A DNA stretch of 64,000 bases from Pseudomonadota bacterium (GCA_030691265.1 JAUYET010000075.1:880-64879); one strand, 5' to 3'; positions 39,253 to 49,187 are shown, numbered from the stretch's first letter. Translations and numbers: made by a program. The notes: generated by a model not told the origin, from the letters alone.

Positions 39253-40095
39253 ATGACCGAACGCACTTTCAGCATCGAATTTTTCCCACCCAAGACCCCC
39301 GAGGGCATGGCCAAGCTGCGTGACACCCGCCAGCAATTGGCGCTGCTCAATCCCGAGTTCTTTTCCGTGACCTTCGGCGCCGGCGGCTCGACGCGCGACC
39401 GCACGCTGGAAACGGTGCTGGATATTCAGGCCGCAGGTTTGGCCGCCGCGCCGCATCTGTCTTGCGTCGCTTCGACGCGCGAGAGTGTTCGCGAAATGCT
39501 GGAAACCTATCGCGCCAACGGCATCCGCCATATCGTCGCGCTGCGCGGCGATATGCCTTCCGGCATGGCCGAGCCGGGCGAATTCCGCTACGCCAACGAA
39601 CTGGTCGGCTTCATTCGCCAGGAAACCGGCGACTGGTTCCAGATCGAGGTGGCGGCGTATCCGGAAACCCACCCGCAGGCGCACAGTTACCGCGACGATC
39701 TGCTCAATTTCAAGCGCAAGACGGAAGCCGGCGCCAATGCGGCGATCACGCAGTATTTCTTCAACCCGGACGCGTATTTCAATTTTGTCGATGACTGCAC
39801 CGCGTTGGGCGTCACCCTGCCCATCGTGCCCGGCATCATGCCGATCTCCAATTTCAGCCAGTTGTCGCGCTTCTCCGCCGCGTGCGGCGCAGACATCCCG
39901 CGCTGGCTGGCGCGCAAGATGGAGAGCTATATGGACGACACGGCTTCGATCAAGGCGTTCGGCCTCGATTTCGTCACCGGCATGTGCGACAAGCTGTTGC
40001 GCGGCGGCGCGCCCGGCCTGCATTTCTATACGCTGAACCAGGCCGGTTTAACCTCGACAATCTGGCAACGCCTGGGTCTGCAAGGCCGCACGTAA
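39253..40095 (+). CDS. metF: Methylenetetrahydrofolate reductase
   Basis: FSIEFFPPKT, SVTFGAGGST, IVALRGD motifs. Confidence 0.9.
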   Translation: MTERTFSIEFFPPKTPEGMAKLRDTRQQLALLNPEFFSVTFGAGGSTRDRTLETVLDIQAAGLAAAPHLSCVASTRESVREMLETYRANGIRHIVALRGDMPSGMAEPGEFRYANELVGFIRQETGDWFQIEVAAYPETHPQAHSYRDDLLNFKRKTEAGANAAITQYFFNPDAYFNFVDDCTALGVTLPIVPGIMPISNFSQLSRFSAACGADIPRWLARKMESYMDDTASIKAFGLDFVTGMCDKLLRGGAPGLHFYTLNQAGLTSTIWQRLGLQGRT

Positions 40096-40129
40096 TAGAC
40101 CCGGAAAAACAAAATAATCGGGAGGGCGC

Positions 40130-40765
40130 ATGAAGATACTGCTGGCGGATGACCATCCGCTGTTTCGCGAGGGGGTGAAGCCGGTACTCCTCAAACTTGA
40201 TCGCAAGGTCACCTTGATCGAGGCGGACGATTACCCGTCCGCATTCGCCGCCATGCACAAGGCGCGCGAAGTCGATCTGGCCCTGCTCGATCTGTACATG
40301 CCGGGCATGTCCGGCCTGGAAGGCGTCATTCGCTTCCGCGCCGCCTTCCCGGACATCCCCGTGGTGGTGCTGTCGGCCGCCGAGCAGGCCGAGGATATCC
40401 GGAAACTGCTGGAGGCCGGCGCACTGGGCTATGTCACCAAATCCTCGCCCAGCGATGTCATCCTCACCGCACTGCAACGGGTGCTGGCAGGCGGCATCTA
40501 TGTGCCGCCCAGTCTGCTTGAGCATCCCGCCGCCGAACCGCCGGCTGAACCCAAAAACAACTACTCTACCGCCCTGACCGCCCGCCAGATCGAGGTGCTG
40601 CGCGAATTGGCGAAAGGGCTGAGCAATCGTCAGATCGGCGATAGCCTGCAAGTGACGGAAGGCACGGTGAAACTGCACGTGGCCGCGATCTTTCGGCTGC
40701 TGATGGTCAACAACCGTACCGAGGCGGTGCTGGTAGCCCAGAAAATGGGCTTGCACAAGAAATAA
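40130..40765 (+). CDS. NarL/LuxR-family response regulator
   Basis: REC domain (DLALLDLYMPGMSG) plus a C-terminal LuxR HTH (LTARQIEVLRELAKGLSNRQIG). Confidence 0.9.
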   Translation: MKILLADDHPLFREGVKPVLLKLDRKVTLIEADDYPSAFAAMHKAREVDLALLDLYMPGMSGLEGVIRFRAAFPDIPVVVLSAAEQAEDIRKLLEAGALGYVTKSSPSDVILTALQRVLAGGIYVPPSLLEHPAAEPPAEPKNNYSTALTARQIEVLRELAKGLSNRQIGDSLQVTEGTVKLHVAAIFRLLMVNNRTEAVLVAQKMGLHKK

Positions 40766-40776
40766 CCGGAAACAGG

Positions 40777-42723
40777 GTGAGCCGCTTCCGACCCGCTTTG
40801 ACCCTGCGGCTGCGCATCCTGGCGGTCGCGTTGATGCCGCTCTTGCTCGCGGTCGGCCTGTTTGCGGCCTATTTCACCCAGCGCAGCGTCAATGAAATGG
40901 AGCACTCCCTGGAGCGCCAGGGGCAGGACAGCGCCAGCCACCTGGCCGACGCGGTCGCTTTCGACCTGTTCTCCGGCAATCTGCCGCCGGTCAAGCGCTT
41001 GCTCGACTACGAACGCAATTTTCGCCGTATCGAGGCGGCCGCGGTGACCGATGGCGCGCATTGGCTGCTGATCAGCGGCCCAGCGGAAAAGCTGCCGAGA
41101 CTGACCGGAAAAGCGCCGCTGCCGCACTGGCGCAACGGCGCCATGCTGTTCTTCGCGCAGGCGGTGCATTTGCCTGCGCCAAGCGAGTCGGACCCGTATC
41201 TCGACCCGCCGGCCGTCAGCCGGGCCAATCATTATCTGGTGGTCAGCCTGAGCCGCGCACCAGTCGAACTGACGCGCTCGCAGGTCGGTCTGGCGGCGGC
41301 TGGCACCGCGCTGATCACCACGCTGTTCGCGTTGCTGCTGGCCTGGCGTCTGTCCGGCCGGCTCAGCCTGCCATTGCTGGACATCACCAATACCGTGGCG
41401 CACCTGGCGGACGGCAAGCTGACCGAACGCACGGCGGAAACTTCGCAGGGCGAAATCGGCCTGCTCGAACGCGGCGTCAATCGCATGGCGCAGGCGCTGG
41501 AAGAGAATCAGCGCGATCTGACGCTGCGGGTCCAGGCTGCCACCGCCGAACTGCTCGGCCAGAAACTGGCCGCCGAGGCGGCCGTGCTGGCCAAATCACG
41601 TTTTCTCGCCGCCGCCAGCCATGACTTGCGGCAACCGCTGCATGCCTTGACCTTGCTGGTCGCGGCGTTGCGCGAACAGGTGCCGAGGGGGGAGGCGGGG
41701 CGTCTCGCGCAGCACATCGAAACCTCCGCTGCCGCGATGGAAAGCCTGCTCAATGCGCTGCTGGATCTGTCAAAACTGGATGCCGGCGTGGTGGAAGCCC
41801 GCCCGCTCCGTTTTTCGATCAACAAGGTGTTCGATCAGGTGGCGAGCCAGTTTCTGCCTGTCGCCCAGGCGCGCGGCATCCGCCTGAGCTTCGCGGCGAA
41901 TAGTTTGTGGAGCTATTCAGACCCGGTGCTGCTCGAACGCATCCTCGCCAACCTGGTCTCCAATGCGCTGCGCAACACCGAACGCGGCCATGTGCTGGTG
42001 GGCGCGCGCCGGGTCGGGCGGGATAAGATTCGCTGCGAGGTCCGGGACAACGGCAAAGGCATTCCGCACGAATTCCAGACGCGCATCTTCGAGGAGTATT
42101 TTCAGCTCGAGAACCCGGAACGCCATCGCGACAAGGGCCTGGGTCTGGGTCTGGCCATCGTCAGCCGTCTTGCACACCTGCTGGGTAGTCGCGTGCAAGT
42201 CCGCTCCGAGCCTGGCCTGGGTGCGTGTTTCTCGCTCCCGCTCGCGCGTTGCGAGGCCGCGCCGGAGCAACCCGAGGCCGCCGCGCCATCGACCGCCTTC
42301 GCGTTGCCGCTGGAAAATGCGCTGGTTGCTTTCATCGACGATGACGAAGCCATTCTGGCCGCGATGGTGGAGGTCTTCGACCAGTGGAATGTGGCGCTGG
42401 CCGCAGGCGAAGACGCCGAACAGGTGCGCAGCGAATTGCAGGTTCTCGGCCGGGCGCCCGATCTGATCCTGTGCGATTACCGCTTGCGCGACGGCCATAC
42501 CGGCGTCGAGGCGGTGCAGCTTCTGCGCGATGCCTTCGGCGCCGGCATCCCCGCCGCCCTGCTGACCGGCGATACCGCCACCGATACCATCCAGGCGATT
42601 CAGGCCAGCCACTTGCCGGTGCTGCACAAACCGCTCAAACCGGCCAAACTGCGCGCCTTCCTTTCCCATCTGCTGGCCGATCCTGCGGCGGCGCAACCTC
42701 CCACAAACCGTTCCGAACCATGA
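40777..42723 (+). CDS. Hybrid sensor histidine kinase (TM-sensor-HAMP-HisKA-HATPase-REC)
   Basis: H-box AAASHDLRQPL, N/G boxes (NALRNT, DNGKGIP, GLGLGLAIV), and a receiver with DLILCDYRL. Confidence 0.85.
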   Translation: MSRFRPALTLRLRILAVALMPLLLAVGLFAAYFTQRSVNEMEHSLERQGQDSASHLADAVAFDLFSGNLPPVKRLLDYERNFRRIEAAAVTDGAHWLLISGPAEKLPRLTGKAPLPHWRNGAMLFFAQAVHLPAPSESDPYLDPPAVSRANHYLVVSLSRAPVELTRSQVGLAAAGTALITTLFALLLAWRLSGRLSLPLLDITNTVAHLADGKLTERTAETSQGEIGLLERGVNRMAQALEENQRDLTLRVQAATAELLGQKLAAEAAVLAKSRFLAAASHDLRQPLHALTLLVAALREQVPRGEAGRLAQHIETSAAAMESLLNALLDLSKLDAGVVEARPLRFSINKVFDQVASQFLPVAQARGIRLSFAANSLWSYSDPVLLERILANLVSNALRNTERGHVLVGARRVGRDKIRCEVRDNGKGIPHEFQTRIFEEYFQLENPERHRDKGLGLGLAIVSRLAHLLGSRVQVRSEPGLGACFSLPLARCEAAPEQPEAAAPSTAFALPLENALVAFIDDDEAILAAMVEVFDQWNVALAAGEDAEQVRSELQVLGRAPDLILCDYRLRDGHTGVEAVQLLRDAFGAGIPAALLTGDTATDTIQAIQASHLPVLHKPLKPAKLRAFLSHLLADPAAAQPPTNRSEP

Positions 42724-42724
42724 A

Positions 42725-42865
42725 CCTAGAAACCTCAGTTGAAGTGCTCGTAGGTGCGAATTTATTCGCACAATCAACGACTTCGGTGCGAATGAATTCG
42801 CACCTACAGATATCTCGCAACACATTGGATCGTAATAAATTTATCCGTCAACTGAGGTTTTTAGG
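42725..42865. mobile_element. 141-bp MITE, copy B (inverted relative to copy A)
   Basis: Same TIRs and internal palindrome. Flanked by the 5-bp direct repeat ATGAA (42720-42724 and 42866-42870). Confidence 0.85.
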
Positions 42866-43405
42866 ATGAAAACCATTTCCCTGCTTCTGCTCGTCATCGG
42901 CCTGATCCTGGCCCCGGTTTACTGGGTCTACGCCAAGTTCTACACCGGCAAACAAACCGTCATGCTGACGCTGGGCAAGGCGGCAGGGTCCGCCGAAAAA
43001 TGGCGCTCGGCGGCGTTCGAATTGCAGCCGGAAATGGCGCCGGTCGGATTGATTCTGCATGTGGACGCCAGCATCGCGCCCCGCATGGCCGAACAGGCGC
43101 CGCCACAGGACCGCTACAACGTTACCCTGTTCAAGGCTGGCGTGGCGGCCAAGCCGCTGGTGATTACGCTGAAGGCCGGCAACTCGGCCAACGGCAATCG
43201 GGCTTTCAAGGAACACCTGCTGTTCATGCAGGCCGTTCACGGCGGCAGTTATCTGGTGGAAGTCACGCCCGCTTCCGAGCCGACCATGAAGGTCGAGAAG
43301 ATGCGGCTGGAAGTGCGCCAGAACCTGCAAGAACCCGACAGCAACGTGGTCACTGGCGGCATCGTCCTGCTGGTCCTGGGTTTGCTCGGCTTGACTGCGT
43401 TCTAA
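42866..43405 (+). CDS. Hypothetical membrane protein (N- and C-terminal TM helices)
   Basis: The ATG lies in the right copy of the MITE target duplication. No recognisable domain. Confidence 0.45.
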   Translation: MKTISLLLLVIGLILAPVYWVYAKFYTGKQTVMLTLGKAAGSAEKWRSAAFELQPEMAPVGLILHVDASIAPRMAEQAPPQDRYNVTLFKAGVAAKPLVITLKAGNSANGNRAFKEHLLFMQAVHGGSYLVEVTPASEPTMKVEKMRLEVRQNLQEPDSNVVTGGIVLLVLGLLGLTAF

Positions 43406-43420
43406 CTTAACCGTCAAACC

Positions 43421-43600
43421 GTGCTTATCGGGTTGTCACACCCACCCACTACCGGTAGTGACGTAGGTTGGGCAAAGCGAAGCGTGCCCAACGAACCGGC
43501 GCGCTGTTGGGCACGCTTCGCTTTGCCCAACCTACGGTGCCATGCCGCGAAATCACGCGCCACTACATCTAGTGGGTGGGTGTGACAACCCGATAAGCAC
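43421..43600. repeat. 180-bp palindromic element with 30-bp perfect arms enclosing a REP pair (43463-43535)
   Basis: gtgcttatcgggttgtcacacccacccact at 43421-43450 and its exact reverse complement at 43571-43600. Confidence 0.8.
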
Positions 43601-43605
43601 GAGAT

Positions 43606-44091
43606 CTACTTGCGCGCCTTCACCGGTACGACATTGAAGCGGTAGGTATCGTGGCAGCCTGAGCAGTAGGTCATCACTTCGGCCAGGTTTTCATGCACCT
43701 GGCGCATCTTGTCTTTACCCGCCTCATCCTTGCTCTCGGCATCGCGTGCCAGGGTCAGGAACGCTTCGTTCATCGCGATCGACAATTGCGTGAATTCCTC
43801 CGGCATGCGCTCTTTCAGACTGGCGGGCATGCGATCCCGCAGCGAGCCCATCGGCCGCGCGGTAATGGCCACGGCTTTCATGTCCTGACGCGCCAGCGCG
43901 TGGTTGATGTTGTGCAGGCCGTGCAGAAATTCGCGCATCTCGTAGAGCACCTGGTTTTTCTCGGCTTGCGAGATGTTGATGGCGATGCGTTTGTCGCTAT
44001 AGATGGCGCTCGACGACTGCGCCTGTGCAAGAGTGGAAACCGAAGCGGTGGAAACCAGAAGTAGCGCCAGGGTGATCAGTTTGCGTGCCAT
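43606..44091 (-). CDS. Class II (four-helix-bundle, cytochrome c'-like) c-type cytochrome
   Basis: Signal peptide, helical sequence, and a single CSGCH haem motif near the C-terminus. Confidence 0.55.
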   Translation of the reverse strand: MARKLITLALLLVSTASVSTLAQAQSSSAIYSDKRIAINISQAEKNQVLYEMREFLHGLHNINHALARQDMKAVAITARPMGSLRDRMPASLKERMPEEFTQLSIAMNEAFLTLARDAESKDEAGKDKMRQVHENLAEVMTYCSGCHDTYRFNVVPVKARK

Positions 44092-44147
44092 TTGAAGCTC
44101 CTTTGTGGAGGTTGCGTGCGAGTTGAGAGGCGATGTTTGCAAGGCTA

Positions 44148-46304
44148 CTACTTACGGCGCGCCGTGTGCATACCGCGGACATGGCCGGCGCGGGCGAGGA
44201 AGCGGGTGAGTTGGGCGATGTCTTTCACTTCCAGCGTGAATTCCATGCGCGCGGTGTCTTGCTGGGAAAGGGTGTTGACGCGCACGACGTTGATTTTTTC
44301 CTGCGCCAGGATTTCGCCGACATCTTTCAGCAGGCCGGGTCGGTCCTGCGCGGTGAGTTCGATATCGACGGCGAACACCTGGCTGTCCTGCCCGCCCCAA
44401 CCCGCTTGCAGCAGACGCGCCGCTCGATCGAGCGGCAGATGCCGGATGACCGAGCAGTCGGCGCGGTGAATGGTGACGCCGCGGCCTTGCGTGGTGTAGC
44501 CGACGATGCGGTCGGGCGGCGCCGGTTTGCAGCAGCCGGCCATTTGCGTGAGCAGCCCGGGTTCGCCTTCGACCAGCACGCCGCCGGCATCGCTTTTGCG
44601 CTTGGAGGCGCTGACCAGCGGCTTTTCCGGCGCCGGCACGTATTCATCCTGCAAGGCGCGATCGAGCTGGCCGGAGCCGACATCGCCGCGCCCAAGCGCT
44701 GCGCACAACTCGTCCAGCGCGGGAAATTTCAGCCGCGCGGCGAGCTTGTCGAGATTGACGTTGTTGAGGTTGAAGCGGTGCAACTCACGTTCCAGCAACT
44801 CGCGGCCTTGCTGGACATGGGTGTCATGGTCTTGCAGCTTGAACCACTGGCGCACCTTGCTGCGCGCGCGGTGGGTCTTGAGCACGCCCAGATGCGGATT
44901 CAGCCAGTCGCGGCTGGGGCCGCCCTGTTTGACGGTGAGGATTTCCACCCGCTGGCCGGTGGCGAGCGGCCGGTCGAGCGGCACCAGCGCGCCATCGACC
45001 TTGGCGCCGCGACAGCGATGCCCCAACTCGGTATGCACGGCGTAAGCGAAGTCGAGCGGGGTGGCGCCGCTGGCGAGTGCGACCACCTTGCCTTGCGGTG
45101 TGAGGACGAAAACTTCGTCCTGGAACAGTTCGTTGCGGAAGTGCTGGGCGAGTTCGTGGCTGTCGGCAAGTTCCTGTTTCCAGGCCAGAAGCTGGCGCAG
45201 CCAGGCGATCTTGTCCTGCACGCCGCTACCCGTGCCTGAGCCGCCGCCTTCCTTGTAGCGCCAGTGCGCGGCGACGCCCATTTCGGCTTCCTGGTGCATG
45301 TCGAAGGTGCGAATCTGCACTTCCAGCGCCTTGCCTTCCGGGCCGACCACGGCGGTGTGCAGGCTCTTGTAGCCGTTGCCCTTGGGACGCGAGATGTAGT
45401 CGTCGAACTGGCCCGGAATCGGTTGCCACAGACTGTGCACCAGCCCGAGCACGTGGAAGCAATCCTTCACTTCCGGCACCAGCACGCGCACCGCGCGCAC
45501 GTCGTAGACCTCGTCGAAGGACAGCCGTTTCTGGCCCATTTTGGCCAGTATGCTGGCGATGTGCTTGGGCCGGCCGCTGACCGATGCGCCGTGGATGCCG
45601 GCGGCGATCAAGGTCTCGCTGAGGTGTTTCAAAACCTGTTCGATGTACCCCTCGCGGTCGAGCCGGCGTTCATCGAGCAGTTTGGCGATCTGGCGATAGG
45701 TATCGGGTTCCAGATAGCGGCAGGAAAGGTCTTCCAGTTCCCACTTGAGTTGCCAGACGCCGAGCCGGTTGGCCAATGGCGCGTAGATTTCGCGTACCTC
45801 GCTGGCCACCTTGCGACGCTGTGCGTCGTCTTTGTTGGCCATGGGGTTGGCCAACTCGCGCAGGGCCTGGGTGCGTTCCGCCAGTTTGATGAACACCACG
45901 CGGATGTCATCGGCCATGGCCAGCAACATCTGGCGCAAAGCCTCGCTCTGGCCGCCCTCGGCATTGAGGGCGGTGAACAGGTGATCCATGCGCGAAAGTT
46001 TGGCCGCGCCTTCGATCAGCGCAGTGAGATGCGGGCCGAAACGGCCAATCAGGGTTTCATGCTTGAGCGCCTTTTCCGGCAGACAGCAGAGCAGGGCGGC
46101 GGCGACGGTTTCCACATCGAAGCGCATCGCGGCCAGAATCGCCGCCGTGCCCAGCGCAGAATTTGCCAACACTTCGCTTTCGTTGGAGAGCGTCTCCAGC
46201 GCCAGCTTCAGAATCTGGAGTTGATCTTCCGGGTAGCGGTCTGCCTGGCTGGCCAGCCAGGATTCCGCGTCGTTGGCGGCGAGGGTTAAAGCGTGGGCGA
46301 CCAT
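44148..46304 (-). CDS. relA: GTP pyrophosphokinase (RelA-type RSH; hydrolase HD motif degenerate)
   Basis: RelA_SpoT synthetase motifs (YKSLHTAV, EVQIRT), TGS and ACT domains. The N-terminal region has LLCC where SpoT has LLHD. Confidence 0.8.
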   Translation of the reverse strand: MVAHALTLAANDAESWLASQADRYPEDQLQILKLALETLSNESEVLANSALGTAAILAAMRFDVETVAAALLCCLPEKALKHETLIGRFGPHLTALIEGAAKLSRMDHLFTALNAEGGQSEALRQMLLAMADDIRVVFIKLAERTQALRELANPMANKDDAQRRKVASEVREIYAPLANRLGVWQLKWELEDLSCRYLEPDTYRQIAKLLDERRLDREGYIEQVLKHLSETLIAAGIHGASVSGRPKHIASILAKMGQKRLSFDEVYDVRAVRVLVPEVKDCFHVLGLVHSLWQPIPGQFDDYISRPKGNGYKSLHTAVVGPEGKALEVQIRTFDMHQEAEMGVAAHWRYKEGGGSGTGSGVQDKIAWLRQLLAWKQELADSHELAQHFRNELFQDEVFVLTPQGKVVALASGATPLDFAYAVHTELGHRCRGAKVDGALVPLDRPLATGQRVEILTVKQGGPSRDWLNPHLGVLKTHRARSKVRQWFKLQDHDTHVQQGRELLERELHRFNLNNVNLDKLAARLKFPALDELCAALGRGDVGSGQLDRALQDEYVPAPEKPLVSASKRKSDAGGVLVEGEPGLLTQMAGCCKPAPPDRIVGYTTQGRGVTIHRADCSVIRHLPLDRAARLLQAGWGGQDSQVFAVDIELTAQDRPGLLKDVGEILAQEKINVVRVNTLSQQDTARMEFTLEVKDIAQLTRFLARAGHVRGMHTARRK

Positions 46305-46314
46305 GGGTCAACCC

Positions 46315-46390
46315 GTAGGTCGGAAAAGCGCAGCGCCTTCCGACAACGCTCGGTGCATACGGTGGAAGACGCAGCGCCTTCCGCCCCACT
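46315..46390. repeat. REP pair (gtaggtcggaaaagcgcagcgccttccgac family, right arm degenerate)
   Basis: Lies between the bamD stop and the relA start. Confidence 0.6.
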
Positions 46391-46392
46391 CT

Positions 46393-47184
46393 TCACCAGG
46401 GCTTCCACCAGTTCTTTTTCTGAACCGCACCTTCTTCGGCGAGAAATGGGCTCTTCGGGAAATTGTGCTTGAGCACCTTGAGGGTGTCGTCGCGCAGGTC
46501 GTGCATGCCCAGTTTGCCGTAGCTCCGGGCCATGAGTCCCAGCGCTTCTTCCAGGGCTGGGGCCTGCTGGTAATGCTCCATTACGTATTTGGCGCGGTTG
46601 ACGGCGGCGATGTAAGCGCCGCGTTTGTAGTAATAGCGGGCGACATGCACTTCGTTGGCGGCCATGCTGTTGACCAGATACTTCATGCGCGCCACGGCAT
46701 CGGGGGCGTATTTGCTTTCCGGGTAGCGCGTGGCGAGTTGCTGGAAGGCATCGAAGGCTTCGCGCGCGGATTTCGGGTCGCGGTCGCTGATGTCCTGGTC
46801 GCCGAAGCGGGCGAAGACGGTTTGATCTTCGACAAAATTGGCCAGGCCGCGCAGGTAATAGGCGTAATCGACGTTGGGATGGTTGGGATGCAGCTTGATG
46901 AAACGCTCGCAAGCGGCAATGGCTGAAACGGGCTCGTTGTCCTTGTAATAGGCGTAGGCCACTTCCAGTTGGGCTTGCTGCGCGTAAGCGCCATAGGGAT
47001 AGCGCGATTCCAGTTTCTCGAACAGCTTGATGGCTTCCGTGAAATTGCCCTCGCCGAGCGACTCCTTGGCGGAGTAGTAGAGCTTGGACGCCGACCAGTT
47101 CTTGGTCTCGTCAATCTGTGCCGGCAACAGGTTGCAACCGGTAAACAGGCTCATCGCCATCAGGAAAGCTAGAATTCGCCGCAT
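46393..47184 (-). CDS. bamD: Outer-membrane protein assembly factor BamD
   Basis: Lipobox LFTGC. TPR-like YPYGAYAQQAQLEVAYAYYK pattern. Confidence 0.9.
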   Translation of the reverse strand: MRRILAFLMAMSLFTGCNLLPAQIDETKNWSASKLYYSAKESLGEGNFTEAIKLFEKLESRYPYGAYAQQAQLEVAYAYYKDNEPVSAIAACERFIKLHPNHPNVDYAYYLRGLANFVEDQTVFARFGDQDISDRDPKSAREAFDAFQQLATRYPESKYAPDAVARMKYLVNSMAANEVHVARYYYKRGAYIAAVNRAKYVMEHYQQAPALEEALGLMARSYGKLGMHDLRDDTLKVLKHNFPKSPFLAEEGAVQKKNWWKPW

Positions 47185-47234
47185 CTTGGTCCCCAAAAAG
47201 AGCGGCGGATTATATATCCGTCGGCTCGCCTCAA

Positions 47235-48170
47235 ATGACTCTGCCGCATTCCCTCACCATTCCCCCCGAACATGCCGGCAAACGCCTCGACCAGAGTCTG
47301 GCCGAACTGCTGCCGAGTTATTCGCGCAGCCGCCTGCAAAGCTGGATCGAATCCGGCCATGTCTTGCTTGCGGGCGCGGCAGCCAATCGCAAACAGAAGG
47401 TCTGGGGCGGCGAAAGCGTGCAGGTGACGCCCGAAGCCTTGCCTTCGGAAACCGCGTACCAGCCCGAAGCCATCGGCTTGAACATCGTCTACGAAGACGA
47501 CGCGATCCTGGTCATCGACAAACCTGCCGGCCTGGTGACGCATCCGGGCGCCGGCAACTGGCAGGGCACCTTGCTCAATGCGCTGCTGCATTACCTGCCC
47601 CTGGCCACGACGATTCCGCGCGCCGGCATCGTGCATCGGCTCGACAAGGACACCTCCGGCTTGATGGTGGTTGCCAAGACGCTGGAAGCGCAGACCCAAT
47701 TGGTGCGCGACTTGCAGGCGCGCACGGTGAAACGGGTTTACTGGGCAGTGGCGCTGGGCGTGTTCGCGCGCATCGAAGGATCGGTCGATGCGCCCATCGG
47801 CCGCCACCCGACGCAGCGCGTCAAGATGGCGGTGCATGACAAAGATTCAGCCGTCAGCAAGCCCGCGCTGACCCACTGGAAAGTGCTCAAGCAATTTCCT
47901 CGCGCCGCCTGGGTCGAATGCCGTCTGGCCACTGGCCGCACACACCAGATTCGCGTGCATCTGACGCATCTGGGCCACCCGCTGCTAGGTGATATGGTTT
48001 ATCGCGGCAAGAGTCAGAACATGCAGGGCTTGCCGCCATTCCATCGTCAAGCCCTGCATGCCGTGCGTCTTGGCCTGGCGCACCCGGTCAGCGGCGAGGC
48101 GATGGAATGGGAAGCGCCGCCGCCGCAAGACTTCGCAGAGCTGCTGCGGCAACTGGAAGCCGGTGAGTAG
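47235..48170 (+). CDS. rluD: 23S rRNA pseudouridine synthase RluD
   Basis: S4 domain plus HRLDKDTSGLMVVAK catalytic motif. Divergent from bamD, as in many proteobacteria. Confidence 0.9.
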   Translation: MTLPHSLTIPPEHAGKRLDQSLAELLPSYSRSRLQSWIESGHVLLAGAAANRKQKVWGGESVQVTPEALPSETAYQPEAIGLNIVYEDDAILVIDKPAGLVTHPGAGNWQGTLLNALLHYLPLATTIPRAGIVHRLDKDTSGLMVVAKTLEAQTQLVRDLQARTVKRVYWAVALGVFARIEGSVDAPIGRHPTQRVKMAVHDKDSAVSKPALTHWKVLKQFPRAAWVECRLATGRTHQIRVHLTHLGHPLLGDMVYRGKSQNMQGLPPFHRQALHAVRLGLAHPVSGEAMEWEAPPPQDFAELLRQLEAGE

Positions 48171-48295
48171 GTTGGGCAGCGGAGTCGTTGCCGCTTTAGC
48201 GGCTTACGAATCAGGCGTGCCCCTTGCGGGTGCAAAGCGCAGCGTGCCCAACATGGCGACGGTTTGTTGGGCACGCTGCGCTTTGCCCAACCTAC
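48167..48295. repeat. REP pair (gtaggttgggca.. family) whose left arm is interrupted by a ~55-nt insert
   Basis: gtaggttgggca-[gcggagtcgttgccgctttagcggcttacgaatcaggcgtgccccttgcgggtg]-caaagcgcagcgtgcccaac ... gttgggcacgctgcgctttgcccaacctac. Confidence 0.75.
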
Positions 48296-48336
48296 GCCCT
48301 GCCGGCAAGGATGCTGGTGAAACGAGAGAAACCCCG

Positions 48337-49125
48337 ATGCACACTGACTGGATCACCCCCGACTGGCCGGCGCCGGCCAACGTGCATGCCGTGATGACCA
48401 CGCGCGCCGGCGGCGTCAGCCTTGCCCCGTTCAATAGCTTCAACCCGGCCAGTCATGTCGATGACGACCCCGCCGCCGTCGCGGAAAACCGTCGTTTGTT
48501 GAGGCAGCAGTTGCCGGCCGAACCGCTCTGGTTGAATCAGGTGCATGGCGTCGCCGTGACTGATGCGGTTCGTGCCTCACCGCATCCTGCGGGTTGTGAC
48601 GCCGCTTCTCCGCCAACCGCCGATGCCAGCGTCGCCTTTCACCCCAACGAAGTCCGCGCCGTGCTCACCGCCGATTGCTTGCCGGTGTTGTTCTGCAACC
48701 AGGCCGGTACGGTGGTCGCCGCCGCGCACGCCGGCTGGCGCGGGCTGGCGGCAGGCGTGCTGGAAGAAACCGTGCGCGTCATGCGAGTGCCGCCGGAAAC
48801 CATTCTGGTCTGGCTGGGTGCGGCCATCGGCCCGGCGGCTTTCGAAGTCGGCCCGGAAGTGCGCGAGAACTTCGTCGCGCAACATGCCCTGGCGGCTATC
48901 GCTTTCCGTCCTGCCTTGCCGGGAACGCTGGATGCCGCGCCGCACAAATGGCTGGCCGATATCTACACGTTGGCGCGTATTCGTCTGGCCCAGGTTGGGG
49001 TGGAACAGGTTTATGGCGGCGGCTTATGCACTTTCAACGACTGCACCTTCAACGACTTCCGCTTCTTCTCCTACCGCCGCGAGGCACGTACCGGGCGCAT
49101 GGCGAGCTTGATCTGGCGCGAGTAA
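48337..49125 (+). CDS. pgeF: Peptidoglycan editing factor PgeF (YfiH/polyphenol oxidase family)
   Basis: TTRAGGVS, NQVHG, TADCLPV, HAGWRG motifs. Start at MHTDW; the longer ORF runs through the REP. Confidence 0.85.
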   Translation: MHTDWITPDWPAPANVHAVMTTRAGGVSLAPFNSFNPASHVDDDPAAVAENRRLLRQQLPAEPLWLNQVHGVAVTDAVRASPHPAGCDAASPPTADASVAFHPNEVRAVLTADCLPVLFCNQAGTVVAAAHAGWRGLAAGVLEETVRVMRVPPETILVWLGAAIGPAAFEVGPEVRENFVAQHALAAIAFRPALPGTLDAAPHKWLADIYTLARIRLAQVGVEQVYGGGLCTFNDCTFNDFRFFSYRREARTGRMASLIWRE

Positions 49126-49187
49126 CAAACCTGAAACGGCTAGAATCGCCCCCTTTTCCTTTTTCATTTTCCCCGCCCGACCTTTCC

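Noticed and set aside
44148-46304. Bifunctional SpoT call for the RSH protein
   Set aside because: The N-terminal hydrolase region lacks the HD dipeptide context (LLCC instead of LLHD), so a RelA-type synthetase-only enzyme is the more defensible call. This is ordinary biology and not worth a finding.
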